From Candidatus Dormiibacterota bacterium (GTDB lineage Bacteria > Chloroflexota > Dormibacteria > Aeolococcales > Aeolococcaceae), in assembly GCA_003153505.1 (NCBI GenBank), contig PLZA01000067.1, positions 5,229 to 69,228 of the forward strand: a stretch of DNA of 64,000 bases, written 5' to 3'. Position numbers and translations under genes: made by a program. How positions within the stretch are numbered: position 1 is the first letter of the stretch; every line of letters starts with the position of its first letter. Shown here in pieces: positions 1-8,766 of the stretch. The notes under the pieces were generated by a model. It was given only the letters and a program-made list of their open reading frames with translations. It did not search any database and had not been told where the DNA came from.

Positions 1-200
1 CCTCCGCCTGACCAAACGGCTATCAGCTCTGCTGTGTTAATTGCACGCTGGGGTGCGCCACGATCACCTCTTTCGGGCCGCTCAAGCGGCGGAGAGCAAA
101 CGTTTCGGCCGATTGAGCGGCGTATCTGGAATTCGGGTTCAGACGTTCCACTAAGCGCCGACTGCGCACCCCTTGCGCTGGCGCAACTGGAGGGTGTTCT

Positions 201-767
201 ATGGCCCACTGGGAGGCCGTTGGGATCGTCGCCACGCTCGCGGCCCTCAGCCTTGCCGGCTGCGAACCGACGATCGTGCACCCAAAGCCCACAGCAACGA
301 CGTCGCCATCCCCCGAGCCCTCTCCCGTGACGAGAGGGTGCATTACCAGTGACTTCGAGGTCGGCAGCGGCGGAGCGGGGGCCTATCAGGGAGACGCGGT
401 GTATAGCATGGTCCTGCACAACATTTCGGGTCTTGCTTGTGCTGTGAACGCACCGCCACAGATGACAATCACGCTCCAGTCGGGCGTTCAGGAGCAGGTA
501 GCCGTCGGAAATATCTCTACCTATGTCGGTGTGGACGTCGGACCGGGCCAGATCCTCCACATCATGATCGGCTCCCCGGGGTACTGCGCGAATCCGAGTA
601 ACGCCCTGCCCGCCTCCAGCCTCACTGTGAATCTGCCGGGCGGCAGCCTCACCGATAAGCGTGTGAACCTAGATGTGCGATGCGGCGTACCCACTGTACT
701 TATCTTCACGCCCGTCGACCCGCCAGCGATCACCGCTAGGAACGCGGGCAGCGCAGCGCCGCAATAG
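201..767 (+). CDS. Putative lipoprotein (DUF4232-like)
   Basis: Hydrophobic leader with lipobox LAGC, Pro/Thr linker, then a Cys-containing 'GGAGAYQGDAVYSMVLHNISGLAC' segment resembling DUF4232 proteins. Confidence 0.55.
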   Translation: MAHWEAVGIVATLAALSLAGCEPTIVHPKPTATTSPSPEPSPVTRGCITSDFEVGSGGAGAYQGDAVYSMVLHNISGLACAVNAPPQMTITLQSGVQEQVAVGNISTYVGVDVGPGQILHIMIGSPGYCANPSNALPASSLTVNLPGGSLTDKRVNLDVRCGVPTVLIFTPVDPPAITARNAGSAAPQ

Positions 768-1106
768 CTCGGACTCCCGCGATCGCAGCAAAGTCGCTCG
801 GCGATCCGCTCTGGCGACATTGGCGAATACTGGCCTGCGCCGCCTGTTCCTCCCCGGCGGTCAGCATCTTCGGTTAGAGCCGATGAAGTCGAGGAATTCC
901 AAAACCGCCTTCGCAGCTTGTCGCGCCCGAGGGTCACACCGACGAGCCATGACCGGCCCAGCCGGACTGCTCCTCCTTCGGTAGCGCGGAGTCCCATTGT
1001 GGGCCGGTACGGCGGAGCACGACGAAGAACCTTACGACCCCCGCGTCCTACCGCTCGCCGGGTGCGCGCCTAGAATGTGCTGTCCTCGCGAAACAAGGAG
1101 ACCCAC

Positions 1107-1493
1107 ATGGTTGAGTACGAGCGAAGCAAGACCGTTCCGGCCTCAGGGGCGACCGTATATGCGTACGTCGCAGACCCCGCGAACCTGCCCGCGTACATCT
1201 CCACGATGGTTCGTGCCGGCGCCATGACCGGCGGCGAGCTCCATGTCGCTGCAGAGGTCGAGGGCAGGCACGAGGAGGGTGACGCTCGATTCCAGGCCGA
1301 CTCCGCCGCCAGGCGCATCGAGTGGGGTGGCTCCGGCACCAGCGCCTACCACGGCTGGCTGCAGGTGGCGGACGCCGAGTCGGGAAGCTCGACCGTCACG
1401 ATCCACCTGTCGACCACGAGCGCGGACGATGCCGACCAGGTGGAGCAAGCGCTCGCTGAAACGCTGGCGAACATCGGCCGGGGCGTCGGCTGA
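1107..1493 (+). CDS. SRPBCC/START-domain (polyketide cyclase-like) protein
   Basis: RBS AAGGAG before ATG 1107; motif 'VYAYVADPANLPAYI'; C-terminal helix 'LAETLANI'; TAGAAT -10-like box at 1071-1076. Confidence 0.8.
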   Translation: MVEYERSKTVPASGATVYAYVADPANLPAYISTMVRAGAMTGGELHVAAEVEGRHEEGDARFQADSAARRIEWGGSGTSAYHGWLQVADAESGSSTVTIHLSTTSADDADQVEQALAETLANIGRGVG

Positions 1494-2138
1494 CCCGAGG
1501 TTCGGGGCGGCGCGGCAGACGAACATTCGGGAAGAGCAAGGCGAGGTCGCCGATATCTTGATAATCGCCCAGCCTGGCGGAACCGCTGGTCGACCCACGC
1601 GGCTGCGCGGAGCGCATCTTCGAGTACTCCGAGGGTTTCTACCACCGCGAACGCTGGCACACGACGCTCGGCAATCTCAGTCATGCAGACTACGAATCCG
1701 CGCCCGCTGCTGTGTGCTCGGCTGAGCAAACGTGTCCGTCAAACCGGGGCAGGCCCACTCCCACCAAACATGGTCCTCCCTCGAGGAGGCGATAGAAAGA
1801 TGAGCACTGACCTCCCCCGACCTCGGGCCCGGGATCGACCATAGCCGAGCCCTTGACATCACGCCCGCTCTTCATAGAAAAGCATCGCTGGGGTGCGCGA
1901 GGGCTTCCTCACGTGGCGGCACGGCGACGGCCTTGAACCTCCGCCTAGCGCGGAGTTCCGGACGTCGAGCGTACCTTGTGCTGCACCCCCGTCGCCGGCG
2001 TGTTCGTGCCAGTCGTCTTCGGTTGAGCTGACCGCAGCCAGGGCGTCCATCGATTCGCTACAGGCAAATGGCCGAGAGGCGCTCACAGTGGCAACGCGCA
2101 CGCTCGCATTGCGTGAATACGCCGTGTCTCACCTTGTG

Positions 2139-2567
2139 TCAGTAACGGACGATGGCGGCCGCGCCGCCCGCTGCGGCATCAAGATATTCGCCGCGAACGA
2201 AACGGCACTCTCCGCTGTGGACCGCCCGCTCCACAGCCGCCTCGACAATGTCGTCAACCGGTGCGGTCGGCGCGCCACAGATAGGACACATCGCTTCCGG
2301 GGACGACAGGGCTCGGCAGGATGTGCACAGCGCACCCGGCTGACTCTGCAACTCCGTCGAGATGAGCAATAGTTTGACCCGTCCTTCGGAGAGCGCAGAG
2401 AGGGCCGGCTTCAAGCCGAGAATGGCCAGACCTTCGCCTGAGGCGGTCGCCAGGTCGCTCAGAATCGCTTCGTCGTCGCGCTTCTCGCTCGGTTTCGAGA
2501 CTTCTTGACCATAGTGCCCCGGAAGCCGCGCGCTGCGTCGCCGTTTCGCTGGGACCTTCGGCGCCAT
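2139..2567 (-). pseudogene. C-terminal fragment of a bacterial eRF1-like (baeRF) protein
   Basis: eRF1 domain-3 signature 'LAILGLKPALSALSEGRVKLLLI', CxxC...CPxCG zinc ribbon and 'GGAAAIVRY' terminus; N-terminal domains missing (similarity fades above ~2490). Confidence 0.7.
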
Positions 2568-2650
2568 TCTTGTGACTTTCAGCGGTGGTACGAAGTCGTT
2601 GAATTGACCGAGTATGAGATGAAAACATAACAGCGACTGGAGGTGTCACC

Positions 2651-3097
2651 ATGGCGGACACAACGACTCTCACCCCACGATATCCAAACGATGTGCTGGG
2701 TAGATCCTTCGCTGATTTTCTGCGCTGGCCGGTGTTCCCGTTGCTCGGCCTCACGCAGGACTTCCCGATGCGTCTTGAGGAGTTTGCCGACGACGGCCAC
2801 TTGGTCGTTCGCGCGGAGATGCCTGGCGTCGACCCGGACAAGGACGTTCACGTCACCGTCGACGAGGGGTTGCTGACGATCAGCGGCGAGCGGCGCAGCG
2901 AAACCAAGACGGACGAGAAGGGGAAGCACTTCTCGGAGATGCAGTACGGCTCGTTTTCACGGACCATTCCGCTGCCCGATGGAGCTAGCGAGAAGGACGT
3001 GACCGCGAGTTACCACGACGGTATTCTGGAAGTCCGGCTCGCCTTGGCGAAGCCCGCACCTCCGAAGGCCGCGGCGCACATTCCGATCAAGCACTGA
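2651..3097 (+). CDS. Hsp20/alpha-crystallin small heat-shock protein
   Basis: 'VRAEMPGVDPDKDV', 'YGSFSRTIPLP', 'ASYHDGILEV'; GGAGG RBS. Confidence 0.95.
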   Translation: MADTTTLTPRYPNDVLGRSFADFLRWPVFPLLGLTQDFPMRLEEFADDGHLVVRAEMPGVDPDKDVHVTVDEGLLTISGERRSETKTDEKGKHFSEMQYGSFSRTIPLPDGASEKDVTASYHDGILEVRLALAKPAPPKAAAHIPIKH

Positions 3098-3386
3098 GGC
3101 GCAGGCCCGCCGAGGCACCGCTCCGGCGGGCACTCGCCCGACACGTTGGCCACGTGGGGACGAACGCTGAGATGGCATCGAAGAGAGTCGCAATCGCGCA
3201 GTCTGCAGCGAGCGCCGCGATAGACGGTAACCTCCAACTGATCGCCTGCGTCGGCTCAGGAAAGGACCGGGAGGTGCTGGCCGGGCACCCTGTGGGACCT
3301 GCCCACCAAACGTGACCGCTTCCGCCACCAGATCAGCGCTGACGGAGCCGCGCTGACCCGAACCCCACCACATGAGGAGACACCAC

Positions 3387-4289
3387 ATGAGCGCCAAGAT
3401 CTGGTTCATTACCGGCACATCCCGCGGCTTCGGCCGGGAGTGGGCACTGGCCGCCCTGGAGCGCGGTGACTCCGTGGTCGCCACCGCCCGCAACGCCAGC
3501 AGCCTGGACGCCCTCGTCGCTGCGCACGGCGACGCGGTGCTCCCGATCTCCCTCGACGTCACCGATCGTGAGGCGGTCTTCGCAGCCGTCGCCCGGGCGC
3601 ACGAGCACTTCGGCCGGCTGGACGTCGTGGTGAACAACGCCGGCTACGGCCAGTTCGGCATGGTCGAGGAGCTCAGCGAGGCGGAGGCCCGCGAGCAGAT
3701 CGAGACCAACCTGTTCGGGGCGCTCTGGGTCACCCAGGCGGCGCTGCCGTTCCTGCGGGCCCAGGGCAGCGGTCACTTCCTGCAGGTCTCCTCCATCGGC
3801 GGGATCTCCGCGTTCTCCACCGTCGGCATCTACCACGCGTCGAAGTGGGCGCTGGAAGGTCTGAGCCAATCACTCGCGCAGGAGGTTGCGGGCTTCGGCA
3901 TCAAAGTCACCCTCATCGAGCCCGGCGGTTACTCCACCGACTGGGGCGGCAGCTCGGCCAAGCACGCCACGGCGCTGCCCGCCTACGACGAGGTCCGTAA
4001 GCAGGCTGCCAACCGGCCCAGCCGGCGCGGTACCCCCGGTGACCCGGTTGCGACCAGGAACGCCGTGCTCACCTTGGTGGACTCTGACAACCCGCCGCTG
4101 CGGGTCTTCTTCGGTGAGGCGCCGCTGGCCATCGCCACCGCCGACTACGAGTCCCGGCTCGCGACCTGGAACGAGTGGCAGCCGCTGTCCGTCGCTGCGC
4201 ACGGCGGCCAGGGCTTAAGTCACCTTCAAGCGACAGCTGCTGTTATGGGCAATGTAGGACGACCCACCGCCACCGTCGGCGGCCGCTGA
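3387..4289 (+). CDS. SDR family NAD(P)-dependent oxidoreductase
   Basis: TGTSRGFG, NNAGYG and YHASK motifs; the last ~25 codons look like an appended non-homologous tail. Confidence 0.92.
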   Translation: MSAKIWFITGTSRGFGREWALAALERGDSVVATARNASSLDALVAAHGDAVLPISLDVTDREAVFAAVARAHEHFGRLDVVVNNAGYGQFGMVEELSEAEAREQIETNLFGALWVTQAALPFLRAQGSGHFLQVSSIGGISAFSTVGIYHASKWALEGLSQSLAQEVAGFGIKVTLIEPGGYSTDWGGSSAKHATALPAYDEVRKQAANRPSRRGTPGDPVATRNAVLTLVDSDNPPLRVFFGEAPLAIATADYESRLATWNEWQPLSVAAHGGQGLSHLQATAAVMGNVGRPTATVGGR

Positions 4290-4591
4290 GGCTCATTCAT
4301 CGGCAACGGTGTCTGCCAGGCTTTCGGCGAGGCGGCGCGACACGCGGTGGTGGCCTTATCGTTCCAAACGGAAGTATCTGCGCCTACTGTGAACCCGAAC
4401 GTGTGGGTGGGTCATGATCTCTGATGCTCGGCGCGTTGTTCATGCTAGTAGTCGGCGTTGATCGTCAGTGGCAGTTCGCTATCACGTATTCGAACGGGCA
4501 GCCTGTCGAAACCTCTCGGGTTCTCGGTGGGGTGCGGGGCGAAGGTGGTAAGCGAGCACCCGTCAGGTGTGATCTCTAATGTTTCGCGAGG

Positions 4592-5449
4592 ATGTCTCTT
4601 CGCAGCTTCTCTCCTCACTGTGCCAACGAAACCTGGAACCAGGATCACGGACAAGCCCGCGCCATTCCTTGTGCAGGTGCTTCGACGCTGAGCTACTCTC
4701 AGCTGTTCCCAGAACCCGGCAGCGGCCGCGTCTACCGGTCCCAGCGGAGGATCCGGCTCTCCGATGCCGCTCCGGACGGCCGTCTGCGCTTCGACGCGAT
4801 GGCTCGCTACATGCAGGACGTGGCGTCCGACGACCTCGCTGACGCGGGAGCGGAGGACGAGGCGCTCGCGTGGGTGGTGCGGCGCACCGCGATGGACGTA
4901 GTGACCCCATTCGGCACCGATCACTCGGTCGCCCTGTCCACCTGGGCCAGCGGCTCTGGATCGCGCTGGGGCGCACGGCGCACCAGCATCGCCGGTGACG
5001 CGGGCGGCCGCACCGAGGCGGAGAGCCTGTGGGTCCTCATCGACCGGGCAAGCTCCCGGCTCACGCGGCTCCCGGCTGTGTTCGACGACCTCTACGCGGC
5101 GTCGACCCAGGGACGAAAGGTGTCCGCGAAGCTCGAGCTCGCGCCCGATCCGGCGCCGGAGGCGAAGCGAGTGCGCTGGCCGCTGCGCGTCGCCGACATT
5201 GACATGCTGGGCCATGCCAACAACGCAGTGTACTGGGCGGCGGTCGAGACAGCGCTCGCCGGGGGTGCGGATGGCACCGACACGCTGGCGGCCCAGCGAC
5301 TGCAGGGGATCCTCGAGTATCGCCATCCCGTCGACCTGACCTCTGACCTCGAGCTCGCCATCGCGGGTGGGCGATCGGGGATGTCGGTCTGGTTCATCGA
5401 CGACGGTGGCACCGCCGCGTGCGCTGTGGTCCGCCGGGCCGCCTCGTGA
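4592..5449 (+). CDS. Acyl-ACP thioesterase (double hot-dog); true start probably further downstream
   Basis: 'RLSDAAPDGRLRFDAMARYMQDVA' and 'LRVADIDMLGHANNAVYW' motifs. Confidence 0.85.
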   Translation: MSLRSFSPHCANETWNQDHGQARAIPCAGASTLSYSQLFPEPGSGRVYRSQRRIRLSDAAPDGRLRFDAMARYMQDVASDDLADAGAEDEALAWVVRRTAMDVVTPFGTDHSVALSTWASGSGSRWGARRTSIAGDAGGRTEAESLWVLIDRASSRLTRLPAVFDDLYAASTQGRKVSAKLELAPDPAPEAKRVRWPLRVADIDMLGHANNAVYWAAVETALAGGADGTDTLAAQRLQGILEYRHPVDLTSDLELAIAGGRSGMSVWFIDDGGTAACAVVRRAAS

Positions 5450-5484
5450 AGTGGAGGCCCAAGTGTCAACAGACTGCGTCAGTT

Positions 5485-5515
5485 GGTAGTGCCTCAGTTT
5501 GACTGAGGCACTACC
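5485..5515. repeat. Perfect 14-bp inverted repeat with 3-nt loop
   Basis: GGTAGTGCCTCAGT-TTG-ACTGAGGCACTACC read directly from the sequence. Confidence 0.9.
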
Positions 5516-5528
5516 CAGATTCCGCCTG

Positions 5529-5795
5529 ATGGCACTCACCAGTATCACCATCGTGACCGGCGCCAATATCCTCAAAGGACGGGCCCTGGCTCGAAACGGC
5601 GCGCTCACCCTGGACGACAACCACATCACCCCACCCGCCGGCGCGTGCACGGTTTCCTCGGTCCCGGTTCCCGGCACAGGGGCGGCCTCCGCGCTTCCTG
5701 GCCTTGGCGTTGGCCTGGTGGTTATGGGCGGCCTGATCCTTGCGGTCGGACGCAGACGCGCAAGGGTCGGAACTGAGGCACGCGTTCCCTCGTAG
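5529..5795 (+). pseudogene. C-terminal remnant of a DUF3494 ice-binding protein with a sortase-like anchor
   Basis: 'MALTSITIVTGANILKGRALARNGALTLDDNHIT' matches the DUF3494 C-terminal coil; followed by VPGTG, a hydrophobic stretch and an RRRAR tail. Confidence 0.75.
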
Positions 5796-6022
5796 CTACG
5801 GTGGTCGAGCTCTTCCTCCGCGGTCGGCGCGTGGCCAGCCACGCGCGCAGCTACCGGCGCGGCTACAGCACCGACCCGGCGCACATGCCGCCGTCGCACC
5901 GGCGTCATCTGGAGTGGACCCCGGGGCGGATCGGGCGCTAGGCGGAGCAGACCGGCACGGCGACAGCGCAGGTGGTGGCCCACATCCTGACCTCGCGGCC
6001 GCATCCGGAGCAGGGCACGCGC
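5795..6022 (+). pseudogene. istA: IS21-family IstA transposase fragment
   Basis: Manual translation TVVELFLRGRRVASHARSYRRGYSTDPAHMPPSHRRHLEWTPGRIGR*AEQTGTATAQVVAHILTSRPHPEQG is typical of the IstA C-terminal region; in-frame TAG. Confidence 0.85.
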
Positions 6023-6046
6023 CCTCAGCGGGATCGCAACCTACAT

Positions 6047-7321
6047 TTAGGTCACCACCCCTGTCCAGGTCGACAGGTTGACTATCACTGATCCACCCTG
6101 GAAATCACGCTGCCAGTTGCCGTTGCCGTTGAGGTATGCGGCGCCCAGCGCGGCACCAAGGTTCGTGTACATCTCCGGGTAATTGCTCCACAGCATGTCA
6201 CCCGGGCCGAGCGCGCTCGTTCCGTCGGCGTATAGCAGGTAGCTGGCGGTGACGAAGTCGACCAGGGAGGACGGTACGAGTTGGTACGCGCCGACGCGGA
6301 ACCAGCAGAGATCATCGGCGGCCGCACAGGAACGCACCTCATTCTCGAAAGCATTCCAGTCGGCCGCGCTCTGATCGACGGTCGTGTCCCAACTCCATGT
6401 GTACTCGTCCATCAAGCCACTCACAGAGGGAAGCCAGGAGGCCCACAGGCTTGGGTACTTGGTGTCATAGCCGAGGTTGGCGACCGCTAGCTTCCCGGCT
6501 GCCTTGATCTGCCGACCCACCAGCGCGAGCATCGCGGCCATCGCGGTCTGCACGCTGGCATCGGTCGGATGGCTCGGCGACACTCCGTAGGCGTTGGCCG
6601 TGTCGAGCGCGTTGTCCATCTCGACCCCGTCCCAGCCGTGAGCAGCGAGGTCCGCGGCCACGTTGCTCGCCCACTGCTGCTGATACGCGGGGTTGCCATA
6701 GTCCATTTCGAACTGGGTCGGGTAGCCATTCTCCTGCAGCAGGCCGCCCGTGGTGTTGCGCAGGAACCACTCCGGGTGATTCGCCATCGCCCCGCAGTAG
6801 CCGACGCCGGTAGGCAGTTGCGCCTGATCAGCTCCGTCGCTGCATGCGGAGGTGCGCGACGACGTGAGGTCCTTGTATTCAAAGATCTTGACGCTAGGAT
6901 TTGCCGCGCGGATGGCGGGAATCCACGGGTAATCCCACGCGTTCAATGCGATGGCCGCGTAGTGTGGTGCCACTTGCGCCCAGTCGTAGCTCATTCCGTC
7001 CAAGTCCAGTAGGAATGCTTGCGTGTCGCCCGCGGAATTGGCGCCGGGTGTGGGCGACGGTGTAGCTGTCGGGTTCGGCGTCGGCCCCGGCGTGGACACG
7101 GACGTGGGCGTCGGCCCCGGCGTGGACACGGGCGTGGGCGTCGGCCCTGGCGTGGACGCGGGCATGGGCGTCGGCAGCGACCTCTTGTGGTGACCGTCGC
7201 TGTGCTGAGAGCTGGCCAGTGGCGTCGAGGGTACTGCCCGCTGAACTGGGGACGATGCCATTAGCCCCATCCCGACCGTCGCGGAAGCGCATATAAGAAG
7301 TAGACGAGGAATTCGAACCAT
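6047..7321 (-). CDS. Secreted putative glycoside hydrolase (GHL15/PF14885-like TIM barrel) with Pro/Thr linker
   Basis: Signal peptide, PT repeats, 'NPSVKIFEY', 'HPEWFL', 'MDYGNPAYQQQW', 'GWDGVEMDN', C-terminal 'WQRDFQGGSVIVN'. Confidence 0.75.
   Translation of the reverse strand: MVRIPRLLLICASATVGMGLMASSPVQRAVPSTPLASSQHSDGHHKRSLPTPMPASTPGPTPTPVSTPGPTPTSVSTPGPTPNPTATPSPTPGANSAGDTQAFLLDLDGMSYDWAQVAPHYAAIALNAWDYPWIPAIRAANPSVKIFEYKDLTSSRTSACSDGADQAQLPTGVGYCGAMANHPEWFLRNTTGGLLQENGYPTQFEMDYGNPAYQQQWASNVAADLAAHGWDGVEMDNALDTANAYGVSPSHPTDASVQTAMAAMLALVGRQIKAAGKLAVANLGYDTKYPSLWASWLPSVSGLMDEYTWSWDTTVDQSAADWNAFENEVRSCAAADDLCWFRVGAYQLVPSSLVDFVTASYLLYADGTSALGPGDMLWSNYPEMYTNLGAALGAAYLNGNGNWQRDFQGGSVIVNLSTWTGVVT
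7077..7175. repeat. 30-bp tandem repeat (~3.3 copies) encoding the STPGPTPT linker
   Basis: GGCGTCGGCCCCGGCGTGGACACGG.CGTG units at 7077, 7107, 7137 and a partial copy at 7167. Confidence 0.9.
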
Positions 7322-7349
7322 GGGGTTTTCTCCAGGGGCCCCCGTGCGG

Positions 7350-7430
7350 CCTTGGGTAGCTCGGCTGTCTCAGTGAGACCCGTGACTTTGCGTGCCCATC
7401 TCGCGATGGGGTTGCCCTTTTCAGGTAGCT
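7350..7430 (-). ncRNA. c-di-GMP-I (GEMM) riboswitch
   Basis: Minus strand reads AAAAGGGCAACCCCATC-GCGA-GATGGGCACGCAAAGTCACGGGTCTCACTGAGACAGCCGAGCTACCC: GNRA-capped P2, conserved ACGCAAAG, P3 and AGCCGAGCTACC; lies ~30 nt upstream of the hydrolase start. Confidence 0.9.
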
Positions 7431-7615
7431 GCGACGAGTATGGGACCGCCACGCGGGGTGGCCCCAGGGGTGCGGCCCTCGTCACCCCGACGTCATCGCC
7501 CGTTACGGCATCGTCGTCCAATCGTGACCTGCACGTGACCATATAGGTATGGTGACGATCGTCCAACCAGCCGTGTCCAGTATTACGGCAGCGTCGGTAC
7601 CAGGCGGGCGGGACG

Positions 7616-8752
7616 TCAGACAGCTGTTCGGGGGTCGGGTGCAACGCGTCGGCGATCGGCGGGTACGAGCGACTCGTACAGCGCAGCCAGCGCAAGAGCC
7701 ATGTCGTGTCGACCGTGACGCTGCCACGCCCGACGACGAGCTTCGTCGCCTAGTCGCTGTGCCATCGCAGGATGGTCGAAAAGAAGGACGAGCGCCGCCG
7801 CGATGTCCTCAGGGCGAGCGTTGCATAGCAGGCCGGTGACACCGTCCTCAACGACCTCGTCGATGCCGCCGATACGCACCGCGACCACCGGCACTCCCGC
7901 AGCCATGGCCTCGAGAATCACCAGGGAGCAGCCCTCATAAGTGGACGTGACCAGCACGATACTGGCCCTCGCCAAGAGGTCCGGCACGTCGTGGCGCGGC
8001 CCGAGCAGCACCACTGCCTCGTCGACGCCCAAGGCTGCGGTCAATACCCGCAGCGGGTGTTCCAGGGGGCCGCCGCCGGCTATGGCGAGTCGCATCGCCG
8101 GACGCTGCCGCCTGGCCAGGGCGAGGGCGTGGACGGCGAGCTCGGGACGCTTTTGCGGCACCAGACGACCGACCATCAGAACAAGGTTTGGATCGGGGCT
8201 CCGATCACCAGTCCAGCGCCGCAGATCGATTCCGTTGGGGATGAGGCGATATTGCTCGGCACGGCCGATGCGCAGCCTGAGCCCTTCATGCTGCTCGTGA
8301 CGGGCCACCACGACGATGGCAGCGCAGGCATGCGCCGCCACGCGTTCCAACGCCTCGACCGTCCGGCGGCGCCAACCCGACAGCGCCCAGAACGACCAGG
8401 CGTGTGGGGTGACGACGCAGGATGAGCGCCGCCCTGCGAACAACGCGGACGCCCGGGCCAGCCAGGCGGCCTTGCTGGAGTGAGCATGTATGACGTCGCT
8501 CCTTCGTACCAGTGGGAGGAGCTTGAGCAACCAGGCAACATCGCTCGCGTGAGGTTCACGATGCCGCGTGAACGGGTACAGCCGCACCTCTTCGCGGCCA
8601 ACTAATTGCTCCCAGAGAACTGACTGTGGTGGACATGCGACGGTCACGTTGAAGACCTGCGCGTCGAGCTCGTCCACGATGTCCAGGACGTGGCGGGGAA
8701 CGCCGGCGTCAAGCGGCTGGGCGATGAGTAGCAAACGGATGAGGCGAGCCAT
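7616..8752 (-). CDS. GT4 (GT-B) glycosyltransferase
   Basis: 'IHAHSSKA', 'IPNGID', 'EGCSLVILEAMAAGVPVV'. Confidence 0.92.
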   Translation of the reverse strand: MARLIRLLLIAQPLDAGVPRHVLDIVDELDAQVFNVTVACPPQSVLWEQLVGREEVRLYPFTRHREPHASDVAWLLKLLPLVRRSDVIHAHSSKAAWLARASALFAGRRSSCVVTPHAWSFWALSGWRRRTVEALERVAAHACAAIVVVARHEQHEGLRLRIGRAEQYRLIPNGIDLRRWTGDRSPDPNLVLMVGRLVPQKRPELAVHALALARRQRPAMRLAIAGGGPLEHPLRVLTAALGVDEAVVLLGPRHDVPDLLARASIVLVTSTYEGCSLVILEAMAAGVPVVAVRIGGIDEVVEDGVTGLLCNARPEDIAAALVLLFDHPAMAQRLGDEARRRAWQRHGRHDMALALAALYESLVPADRRRVAPDPRTAV

Positions 8753-8766
8753 TCGTGCCCTGACTG

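Noticed and set aside
1500..2130. Short ORFs between the SRPBCC gene and the eRF1-like remnant
   Set aside because: No recognisable motifs or RBS in any frame; probably degraded sequence
4640..4705. tRNA-like string (minus strand AGTAGCTCAGC..AGCACC)
   Set aside because: No anticodon arm, T-loop GTTCGA or acceptor pairing; only a short CTGAG/CTCAG hairpin
4445..6004. 519-aa minus-strand ORF
   Set aside because: Antisense shadow of the thioesterase, ice-binding and IstA fragments in GC-rich DNA
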